From: Chthonomonadales bacterium
Lineage (GTDB): Bacteria > Armatimonadota > Chthonomonadetes > Chthonomonadales > Chthonomonadaceae
Assembly: GCA_038217285.1 (NCBI GenBank)
Contig: JBBQPO010000187.1
Coordinates: 1 to 12,112 of the forward strand
Reading direction: 5' to 3'
DNA: 12,112 nt
Each line of letters begins with the position of its first letter. The stretch's first letter is position 1. Below the pieces are notes generated by a model. The model saw only the letters and a program-made list of their open reading frames with translations. It was not told the DNA's origin and ran no database searches. Position numbers and translations under genes: made by a program. Positions 1 to 6,815 of this stretch are shown one piece after another.

Positions 1-2
1 GA

Positions 3-13
3 TGTGGTATTAT
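3..13 (+). promoter_or_regulatory. Candidate extended -10 promoter element inside the IS end
   Basis: TGTGGTATTAT matches TRTGnTATAAT with one mismatch, in an AT-rich patch of GC-rich DNA. Any -35 element would lie outside the window. GATAAT (9-14) and TAAGAT (12-17) are -10-like on the opposite strand. Confidence 0.25.
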
Positions 14-39
14 CTTAAACGTCTGTCTCACGCCCAGGG

Positions 40-140
40 AGAAACCCTGCGCGTTTTGCTCCGGAATCGATGCGCACATTCAAATGGAATCGGTGCGCTC
101 TTTCCTCCGGAATCGATGCACTCTTTCAGCGGAATGCGCA
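40..140 (+). repeat. Imperfect tandem array with a 22-23 bp period: three clear units, one degenerate unit and one terminal partial unit
   Basis: 40-62 AGAAACCCTGCGCGTTTTGCTCC (degenerate); 63-85 GGAATCGATGCGCACATTCAAAT; 86-108 GGAATCGGTGCGCTCTTTCCTCC; 109-130 GGAATCGATGCACTCTTTCAGC; 131-140 GGAATGCGCA. GGAAT starts at 63, 86, 109 and 131. Confidence 0.92.
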
Positions 141-213
141 AGAATATCCTGACCGCTCTGGAAGGCGTCTTTCGGGGATCGCCCGAGCCTGTCGCTCCAG
201 GCTAGACAGTAAC
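141..213 (+). mobile_element. Possible 3' remnant of an IS66-family (ISBst12-group-like) element: last ~20 transposase codons plus the right inverted repeat
   Basis: 143-205 reads NILTALEGVFRGSPEPVAPG*. This resembles the C-terminus I recall for these transposases (...STARKQGxNVLxALxxxFxGxP). The stop lies inside GGCTAGACAGTAAC (200-213), similar to the recalled right end GGCTGAACAGTTAC (11/14). The match is short and from memory only. Confidence 0.45.
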
Positions 214-291
214 CCCAAAAGAACGCCCCCGAAGCCATTACCCCATCTCGCCGGAACTCTCTACGAGCGTACTATATAGATGCGGATGTTT

Positions 292-1467
292 CTATTGAAT
301 TCGGCCAGAAATCACCTCTAATATCTGGTCAACGCGTGCATCCCAGGAGTGTTTCCGCGCTTCCGCGCGTCTGGCCTCCGCCAGTTCCGGGGCCTCGTGC
401 TGCGCTTCCTGAAGGGCGTTCAGGAAATCATCTTCGCTCGTCGCAATCCGCACCAGGGAGGGAAAGTCGCGAAAACCGGCGACATCGGTCGAGACGATGG
501 GTTTACCGCCCGCCAGATACTCCCACAGTTTGATCGGGTTCAGGCTCTCCGTGAAGGGCGTCACCCGATGCGGCGTGATGCTCACATCGAAGGCGCGCAT
601 GAACTGCGGCAGGCGCGCATAGGGAATCGGCCCGGTGAAGAACACCTTGCCGGTCGCCAGCAGGCGGTCGTGGTCGGCCTCCGACAAAAAGCCGGGCCCG
701 ACCAGGGCGATACAGCCCTCCGTCAGCCGCCGCGCCATGCGCTCGACCAGCCCGACATCCACGCGATCCGGGTGGATGGTCCCGGTATAGCCGTAGACCG
801 GGTGGGGCCATGCGGCGGTCTCTTCGGGCAGCGGCCCGGTATCGTCCAGCACACAGCGGTAGTGTTCGGCATCCACTCCATTAGGAATAAGATGCAAGTT
901 CCGTGCCAACTCTCTTTTGAGGTCGTATAGCTTCTGCGAGCAGACGATAACGGCGTCCGCGATATGGCATAGCTCCCGGTCCTGTTCGATGATAAGGCGT
1001 GTGAGGGCTTCGGACTGCGTCAGGGTGATCCAGTCGTCCGTGATGTCGTAAATGGTGCGATCTTCGCCCATTTTCCCGAGCATATGCACGGCATAGTGCG
1101 GGTTCAGCCAGAGGATAGGGCGGCGGAAACCGAGACGGCGGGCGACGCGCAGCACATGGCGGCGAACCATTCCTTCGTTGATGCGCCGCATCGCCGGAAC
1201 CGTGTTCGGGAGGAACTTCAGGGGGCGCGTGACATGGATATTGGGATAGCCGGGAACCTGCCAGGTCGTCGGAACGCGCAGATCGGCGGTCTGACCGCGC
1301 CGAATCTGGTTCGAGACGTCGCGCGCCGTGCCGACAAAGAGAATTTTGCAGTCGGGGAATCGCCGGGCGATCTGCCCGCAGACAAACTGGTTGCGCCGCC
1401 AGACGTCATCCCAGTTCTCGATGGAGACGAAAATCAGCTCCAGCGGCTCATTTGATTCAAAACTCAT
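292..1467 (-). CDS. GT-B glycosyltransferase, TuaH-like GT4-related subfamily (391 aa)
   Basis: Motifs WDDVWRRNQF, YDITDDW, LIPNGVD, YGYTGTI, PYARLPQFMRAFDV, NPIKLWEYLAGGKPIVST and C-terminal HSWDAR. The NPIKxxEY variant replaces the EX7E motif. Last gene of the operon. Confidence 0.88.
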   Translation of the reverse strand: MSFESNEPLELIFVSIENWDDVWRRNQFVCGQIARRFPDCKILFVGTARDVSNQIRRGQTADLRVPTTWQVPGYPNIHVTRPLKFLPNTVPAMRRINEGMVRRHVLRVARRLGFRRPILWLNPHYAVHMLGKMGEDRTIYDITDDWITLTQSEALTRLIIEQDRELCHIADAVIVCSQKLYDLKRELARNLHLIPNGVDAEHYRCVLDDTGPLPEETAAWPHPVYGYTGTIHPDRVDVGLVERMARRLTEGCIALVGPGFLSEADHDRLLATGKVFFTGPIPYARLPQFMRAFDVSITPHRVTPFTESLNPIKLWEYLAGGKPIVSTDVAGFRDFPSLVRIATSEDDFLNALQEAQHEAPELAEARRAEARKHSWDARVDQILEVISGRIQ

Positions 1468-1541
1468 GCCTTCACAATCCGGCTTTCCGGGCTACAAAGC
1501 CCTATTTCCGTGGGCCGTACAGAGCGTGTGCCTCCGACAGA

Positions 1542-2528
1542 TCACACGCCGCGTGGAGTGGGATAGCCGCGTACATAGCGGTATGCATGCACCAGGATAT
1601 GACCCAATTTAATCAGGACCTCTTTCAGATGCCGCTCCGCCACCGCCTTGCGAACCTGCCCCCACTTTTCCCGGATCTTATAGACCTGCCAGGCTTTCCA
1701 TCCACGACGGACGATTTCACGCTGCTCGGGGGTATTGTCCGGAGAGATAAAGATCTTGTAGTGTTGCAGGCGTGTCTCGCGGATGTTCCGATCCGTATCG
1801 GTGGAGACGCTGCCCGCATATTTGCGGTAGTAGAGCACCACCCGGTCCATAAATCGGATCGGCCCGTGCCGACTCACGCGCACGACCATATCCCAATCCT
1901 GAGTGGCAGCCAACTCGGCGTCCCACGGGCCGATCTTATCGTAGATCTCGCGCCGCGCCAGCAAAACGCCTGGGGGATAGACACGCCCGATATGGATCAG
2001 CGTCTCGAAGGTGGTCGGCTCCTCTGCGGGCCAGGGAACGATTCTGCCATCCTTATAGCCGATTCGCTCGCGGCCAAAGGTGACGAAATTACCGGGGAAG
2101 TGCGGCTCTCCCTTTTCGTTGATCATCTCCGCCAGCCCATGAGTCCCGGACGCTTCCGGATGCTGCTCCAGGTCGGCGCGCAACACCTCCAGGGCGTCTG
2201 GCATCCAGACATCGTCGGAATCCATGAAGGTGACATAGCGCGCCGACGCACTGATATTTTCGAAGCCGTGGTTGCGCGCGCGGGACGGCCCGGAGTTGGT
2301 TTGGCTGACCGCCTTAAAGCGCGGATCCCGCTCGGCCCAGCGTTGCGCGACCTCCGCCGTGTTGTCTTTCGATCCGTCGTCTACCACGATGCATTCCCAG
2401 TCGGAGATCGTCTGGTTCAAGATACTTTCCAGCGTCGCATCCAGAAATCGCCCGACATTGTAAGACGGGATGACGATGCTGACGGAAGGTAAACCGTTGG
2501 TTATCACAGGCAACTCCTGTTTATTCAT
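1542..2528 (-). CDS. Family 2 glycosyltransferase, GT-A fold (328 aa)
   Basis: VSIVIPSYN, IVVDDGSKD, NSGPSRARNHG, FMDSDD (DxD) and QDWDM. Start moved from 2615 to the ATG at 2528, which forms an ATGA overlap with the upstream stop (2525-2527). Confidence 0.93.
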   Translation of the reverse strand: MNKQELPVITNGLPSVSIVIPSYNVGRFLDATLESILNQTISDWECIVVDDGSKDNTAEVAQRWAERDPRFKAVSQTNSGPSRARNHGFENISASARYVTFMDSDDVWMPDALEVLRADLEQHPEASGTHGLAEMINEKGEPHFPGNFVTFGRERIGYKDGRIVPWPAEEPTTFETLIHIGRVYPPGVLLARREIYDKIGPWDAELAATQDWDMVVRVSRHGPIRFMDRVVLYYRKYAGSVSTDTDRNIRETRLQHYKIFISPDNTPEQREIVRRGWKAWQVYKIREKWGQVRKAVAERHLKEVLIKLGHILVHAYRYVRGYPTPRGV

Positions 2529-3709
2529 GCCAAATGCCCCAGAGCGTTCCGCAGCGTACGGTACTGGTTCTCCCAGGAGAGTGTCACGGCCCGTTGTCTC
2601 GCACGCCTTCCCCACTCCTGACGCGCCTTCGGGTCGTCGAGCAACATCGCCAGATGGTCGGCGAAAGTATCCACATCCGGCGGTTTAAAGTAGAGCACGG
2701 CGTCTCCGCCCACTTCTGCGATGCCGCCGCGCTGAGAGGCGATCACCGGCAGACCGCTAGCCATGCCTTCGGAGATCGTCAGCGACACCGGTTCGTCCCA
2801 GTTGGAAGGCACACAGAAGATCGAGGCAGCGTGATACTCTTCGATCACCTGCGCCCGACCCACAAACGGCTGAAATTCCACGGACTCGCCCATCGGCTCC
2901 GCCAGTTTGAAAAGTTCCTCTTGATACGGCGTAATCGGATCTTTGGCGTTGAAGTTGCTGCTGCCCACGATGCGTACCTTAAACTTGCGCTTGGAGCCAT
3001 AGAGTTTCTGTGCCGCTTTCAGTAGCAGATCCGGCCCCTTCTCCGGCAACACACGCCCGATGAAGAGTATGGTCGGAATCTCCTCGTCCAGCGGTTCGGC
3101 GCGTGGTTGGAATCGTTCCGGATTGACCCCATTCACCACTGCAAAAACGCGGTCGGCGCCTGCCTTCAAGCGCTGCTTCACCCCATCCGCAATAAACTGA
3201 CTGCAACAGATGATCCCATCCGCCTTCGCAAGAACACGCGCCATCTCCGCATCCGAATAGGTGCGAAACAAGGCGTTATGCACCCACAGGATAATCTGCG
3301 CCTGCGGGAAATTCTGCTTGAGCATCCGCAAAGCGACCGGGTTGTTATGCAGAAAGATCGGGCCGTTAAAGTCTTTGGGGATCGCCGCATTGGCCGGAGC
3401 ATAGACGCTCTCTCCAAATACACGCGGCAATCCCAGTCGGCTCAGAACCACATCCACGACCTTGCGTCCTCGACTGGGCAACAGCGGAAACTCCACCTCG
3501 ATGCACTCTCCCACCGGATAGTCGTGGCGTGTCCCGCGTCCGACGACCAACCGTGTGAGGCCGCCATTCAACTCATGCCGACAGGCGATCTCATAGATGA
3601 CGGTCGAGACAGCGCTGCCAGTCGCCGCAGAAAAATGGTCTCCAGGAGTAGGAATATGAAAATGGATCCTCTCTCTAGGAGAGAGAGGCTTTAACTCCGT
3701 ATCAGACAC
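2525..3709 (-). CDS. Family 4 glycosyltransferase (~394 aa)
   Basis: IICCSQFIAD, VVNGVNPERF, ILFIGRVLPEKGPDLLL, VPSNWDEPVSLTISEGMASGLPVIAS (EX7E) and LSWE. Start placed at GTG 3709, with GGAG 7 nt upstream and just after the gmhB stop. The 3874 start would overlap gmhB by ~150 nt. Confidence 0.9.
   Translation of the reverse strand: MSDTELKPLSPRERIHFHIPTPGDHFSAATGSAVSTVIYEIACRHELNGGLTRLVVGRGTRHDYPVGECIEVEFPLLPSRGRKVVDVVLSRLGLPRVFGESVYAPANAAIPKDFNGPIFLHNNPVALRMLKQNFPQAQIILWVHNALFRTYSDAEMARVLAKADGIICCSQFIADGVKQRLKAGADRVFAVVNGVNPERFQPRAEPLDEEIPTILFIGRVLPEKGPDLLLKAAQKLYGSKRKFKVRIVGSSNFNAKDPITPYQEELFKLAEPMGESVEFQPFVGRAQVIEEYHAASIFCVPSNWDEPVSLTISEGMASGLPVIASQRGGIAEVGGDAVLYFKPPDVDTFADHLAMLLDDPKARQEWGRRARQRAVTLSWENQYRTLRNALGHLA
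3668..3688. repeat. Perfect 9-bp inverted repeat with a 3-nt loop
   Basis: CCTCTCTCT-AGG-AGAGAGAGG, about 20 nt downstream of the proposed GT4 start at 3709. Confidence 0.8.
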
Positions 3710-3725
3710 AGACACACTCCGGTTC

Positions 3726-4283
3726 TTACGGCTCCAGATGCGCCAGAATATAGTCAACGGCCTCATCCAGAGTATCGACAACAGGGACATTCCAGTCCGC
3801 ATAACGTGCCAACGTAGGAAGTTGCTCTGTGCCGCGGCCGGTGCGGACCAGGATGCCTTGCGCCCCGACGGCACGCGCCGTCTCGATGTCGCTCATAGCA
3901 TCTCCTACCATGAAGGAAGCGCTCAGGTCGATGTCCCACTCCTGGGCGGCCTGCCGCAGCATTCCCGGCAACGGCTTGCGACATTCGCACGGATCATTGG
4001 GATGGTGCGGGCAGAAGTAGACCGCATCGATTCGACCGCCATTCGCTTCGACTTCGGCGAGCAGACGGCGATGGATCTCCTCCACGAAAGAGGCCGTGAT
4101 GATGCCGCGCCCGACGGCGGACTGATTGGTGACCATGACGATCCGACGTCCGGTCTGCGCCAATTTGCGCATGGCTTCGAAGGTGTGTGCAAAGATCTCC
4201 ACCTCCTCCCACGCCTTCACGTAGTCGGAACGATTCTCGATCAGCACGCCATCCCTGTCCAAAAAGATCGCGCCTTCCCTCAC
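3726..4283 (-). CDS. gmhB: D-glycero-D-manno-heptose 1,7-bisphosphate phosphatase, HAD IIIA (185 aa)
   Basis: FLDRDGVL (DxD), VTNQSAVGRG, Zn loop CPHHPNDPCECRKP and MVGDAMSD. GTG start at 4283 overlaps the hddC stop (GTGA), with GGAGGAG 8 nt upstream. Confidence 0.93.
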   Translation of the reverse strand: MREGAIFLDRDGVLIENRSDYVKAWEEVEIFAHTFEAMRKLAQTGRRIVMVTNQSAVGRGIITASFVEEIHRRLLAEVEANGGRIDAVYFCPHHPNDPCECRKPLPGMLRQAAQEWDIDLSASFMVGDAMSDIETARAVGAQGILVRTGRGTEQLPTLARYADWNVPVVDTLDEAVDYILAHLEP

Positions 4284-5038
4284 TTCGGATTCTCCTCCAC
4301 CAGACGCTGCATCGTCGGGGTGGGCCACTCTTCCTGCACACGGGCGTACTTCTCGTGCGAGCCTATGTCGATGAGATAGGAGTGCGTCGGCATCGTCCAG
4401 CCATAGAATGGCACCCCTTGCTCCATCAGACGCGGAAACAGATCGAGCGAGAAGTCGTAGAACGTCTCCGGAGGAATGGAGGCGAGGATTTCCGGCTCCA
4501 TGATGAGAACCCCGGCATTGGCGAGATCAGAAAAGACCTCGTCTGCCGGCGGTTTCTCGACAAAGCGGGTGATACGGCCCGTCTCATCTACGCCGACGAT
4601 ACCGCACTCGGTCGGGTTGGGGACATGCGTCAGGCTCAAGGTCACTTTCGGCCCCGGTGGTCGGCTCTGGTGAAACTGAATCAGAGCTTCCAGGTCGAAG
4701 TCGGTCAAGACGTCGCCGTAGACCAGCACAAAGGTGGAATTGAAAAACGATTCCAGGAGCTTGACGCCGCCCGCCGTACCCATGATCTTGTCTTCAATGG
4801 AGTAACGCAGGGAGACGCCGAATCGGGAGCCGTCTCCGAAATACTCCTCGACCGTTTCGGGCAGCCAACTCAGATTCATCGCCATCTCGCGGACGCCGTA
4901 GGCGCGCAGCCAGAGTACGATCCACTGGAGTGTCGGGATGCCGGAAACAGGCAACATCGGTTTCGGTCGGGTGGCCGTCAGCGGGCGGAGGCGCGTGCCC
5001 TCTCCCGCCGCCAGAATCATCGCTTTCATTCCGCTCAT
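4280..5038 (-). CDS. hddC: Sugar-1-phosphate nucleotidyltransferase, probably D-glycero-alpha-D-manno-heptose 1-phosphate guanylyltransferase (252 aa)
   Basis: ILAAGEGTRLRPLT, PKPMLPV, MGTAGGV, YGDVL, FVEKP, NAGV and DIGS. Single NTP-transferase domain with no beta-helix tail. Substrate is inferred from its position between gmhA and gmhB; the family alone also fits a mannose-1-phosphate guanylyltransferase. Confidence 0.8.
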   Translation of the reverse strand: MSGMKAMILAAGEGTRLRPLTATRPKPMLPVSGIPTLQWIVLWLRAYGVREMAMNLSWLPETVEEYFGDGSRFGVSLRYSIEDKIMGTAGGVKLLESFFNSTFVLVYGDVLTDFDLEALIQFHQSRPPGPKVTLSLTHVPNPTECGIVGVDETGRITRFVEKPPADEVFSDLANAGVLIMEPEILASIPPETFYDFSLDLFPRLMEQGVPFYGWTMPTHSYLIDIGSHEKYARVQEEWPTPTMQRLVEENPK

Positions 5039-5598
5039 CAGGCTGCCACGCGCTCACGCAGGAGAGAGAAGGCCAGATGCAGAACGATCATGTGCAGATC
5101 CTCGACACGCTGCATATTGTCACTGTAGATCGTCAGGCACTCATCGCACATTCCCGCCAGTTTGCCGCCTCCGAAGCCTGCCAAACCGAATACGAAAGCG
5201 CCTTTGGCTTTTCCGGCTTCGACGCCGTTCAGAATGTTCTTCGAGTTGCCGCTGCCGCTGATCGCAATGACGAGATCGCCTGGCTCCGCCCAACACTCGA
5301 CCTGCGGCGCGTAGATGTTGGCGAACTCCGTATCGTTGCCCCACGCGAGAATGAGCGGGGTGCAGTCGGAGAGGCAGATCGTACGCAGCCCCTTGCCGGT
5401 ATCGCAGTGAATACATTTCTGAAGGTCGTTGACGATATGGCTGGCCGTAGCGGAACTGCCTCCGTTGCCCATCAACAGTACCTTGCCGCCTGCGGTCCAT
5501 ACCCGGTGCAGATGATCGGCAAGCGCCTCGACCTGCGTTTTGGGCAGGGCGTCGATCAAGCTCTTGACATCTGTCAGGTAGTTATCTATAAAGCTCAT
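5038..5598 (-). CDS. gmhA: Phosphoheptose (sedoheptulose-7-phosphate) isomerase, SIS domain (186 aa)
   Basis: KVLLMGNGGSSATASH, AWGND, GDLVIAISGSGNSKNIL, GFGGGKL and RVEDLHMIVLH. ATG 5598 chosen because GAGGAG (5604-5609) lies 5 nt upstream. The stop overlaps the hddC start (TGATG). Confidence 0.87.
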   Translation of the reverse strand: MSFIDNYLTDVKSLIDALPKTQVEALADHLHRVWTAGGKVLLMGNGGSSATASHIVNDLQKCIHCDTGKGLRTICLSDCTPLILAWGNDTEFANIYAPQVECWAEPGDLVIAISGSGNSKNILNGVEAGKAKGAFVFGLAGFGGGKLAGMCDECLTIYSDNMQRVEDLHMIVLHLAFSLLRERVAA

Positions 5599-5633
5599 GG
5601 TCACTCCTCATAACAGTTGCTATCGTGTTTCTC

Positions 5634-5661
5634 TCAAGGGGACACGCAGAATCAAGGGGAC
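5634..5661. repeat. 10-bp direct repeat that duplicates the GT4 stop codon
   Basis: TCAAGGGGAC at 5634-5643 and 5652-5661, separated by 8 nt. Reads GTCCCCTTGA on the coding strand. Confidence 0.75.
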
Positions 5662-6815
5662 GGTGGGGTCAGTCCCTTGGAGCGCATCACGTCGGCGTAC
5701 ATATTTACCACATTGATGGCATAACCCTCTTCACTCAGGTCTTCCGACAGCCGCTGAGATGCCTGCAGCGTCTCGCTTTTCTGCGCCATCGCCCTGGCGA
5801 CGATCGGCGCGAGCGGCGTGCCGGGGTCCCAAGCGACCCCTACTCCATACTGATCCAGATGGGACAGCGCGCCGATTTCCGGTGTCACGATCACCGGCAG
5901 ACCGCGCGAGGCCGCTTCCAGAATGACTCGGCCAAACGGCTCGTACAGGCTGGCCATGATCACGACATCACAGGCGGCGTAGAACTCGCGTAAGTTGGAA
6001 ACCAACCCAACCGCCTTGAACCGACCATCCAGTTCCGGAATCTGCATCCCATCACACAAGGAGCCGCCCATCAGAAAGAAGACATCGTTCTCTCCTTGCA
6101 GCCCTTGGGCGATTCGCCGATAGCCTTTTCGGGCGTTGCCTCCGCCCAAAAAGCCCAGAACCGGCCCTTTGGGTTCAAATCCGAGTATTTTGGCGCGCGC
6201 CTCCCGCCGCTCTTCCTCCGAAATCGGGTCGAACGGGGGCGCAGAGCAGAGCAGAACCCCCTGTTTGGGCGGTTTGCCGTACAGTCGGGCGAAGTCATCG
6301 CGCGTCATATTGCTGTTGAACGTGATGAACGTTTCGGGGTTCCAGTGCCGGAAGTGGTAGTCCTCAGCCACAAGAACGCCGCGCTCCTGAAGGCGCATCA
6401 AGGTCGGTTTCAACCCCTTGCCCGTCTCCAGACTGTTGCGCAGGAAGGCCATCCGCGTCAGATAGTGGATCTGAAATATATCCGCCAGCGACGCCACCTG
6501 CGGCTGATGCGTGTGGATGATATCGAATTTCCGCCCGCCCAGCGCTTTGCGTATGAAATATCCTGCTGTCGTCCACTGTACTAAAAAGAGGCGGCGAGGC
6601 ACCAACAGGTGCAGCCAATGGACACGGTCGTGCAGATCTTCATCCAGATGTTTGGCGATGACCGTGACGTCGTATCCGGCGTCCAACGCGGCGTAGACCC
6701 CCCGCATTGCCGCCTTGGCGATGGCGCTGTGATTACCGATCGCTTCATGGATCACACAGACTGTCGGCTTCCTCATGTTAAGTGCGTCTTTCCCAGTTCC
6801 CACGCGATTCGGCAT
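5652..6815 (-). CDS. Family 4 glycosyltransferase, WaaG/RfaG-like C-terminal domain (387 aa; alternative start 6776)
   Basis: DIIHTH, FLGGGNARKGY and EFYAACDVVIMASLYEPFGRVILEAASRGLPVIVT (EX7E). ATG 6815 directly follows the upstream stop (TGAATG). ATG 6776 (MRKPTVCVIHE) is equally plausible. Confidence 0.9.
   Translation of the reverse strand: MPNRVGTGKDALNMRKPTVCVIHEAIGNHSAIAKAAMRGVYAALDAGYDVTVIAKHLDEDLHDRVHWLHLLVPRRLFLVQWTTAGYFIRKALGGRKFDIIHTHQPQVASLADIFQIHYLTRMAFLRNSLETGKGLKPTLMRLQERGVLVAEDYHFRHWNPETFITFNSNMTRDDFARLYGKPPKQGVLLCSAPPFDPISEEERREARAKILGFEPKGPVLGFLGGGNARKGYRRIAQGLQGENDVFFLMGGSLCDGMQIPELDGRFKAVGLVSNLREFYAACDVVIMASLYEPFGRVILEAASRGLPVIVTPEIGALSHLDQYGVGVAWDPGTPLAPIVARAMAQKSETLQASQRLSEDLSEEGYAINVVNMYADVMRSKGLTPPSP

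Larger units (their letters stand above)
1..140. mobile_element. Probable terminus of an IS21-family insertion sequence; the element body extends left beyond the window
   Basis: Read inward from 140 on the minus strand: TGCGCATTCCGCTGAAAGAGTGCATCGATTCCGGAGGAAAGAGCGCACCGATTCCATTTGAATGTGCGCATCGATTCCGG. It begins with TG, and ATTCC-containing units recur every 22-23 bp. IS21-family ends are TG...CA with several repeated transposase-binding sites, and I recall a TGCG-ATTCC start in IS408/IS1162-like members. No istA/istB is visible in the window. Confidence 0.7.

Noticed and set aside
40..140. CRISPR array interpretation of the repeats
   Set aside because: The units are contiguous with a 22-23 bp period, there are no unique spacers and no cas genes are present.
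164..234. SRP RNA, group II intron domain V or riboswitch in the structured spacer
   Set aside because: None of the conserved sequence motifs of these RNAs is recognisable.
2..279. ORFs 2..205 and 70..279 (+) as real small genes
   Set aside because: Both run through the repeat array and have no recognisable domain. Only 143-205 may be a transposase remnant.
272..279. Palindrome CTATATAG after the last gene
   Set aside because: Only 8 bp with no supporting context; expected by chance.
1452..2492. 346-aa plus-strand ORF
   Set aside because: Antisense shadow of the GT2 with no motifs; expected in GC-rich coding DNA.
4187..5613. 313-aa and 227-aa plus-strand ORFs
   Set aside because: Antisense to hddC and gmhA, with no recognisable family.
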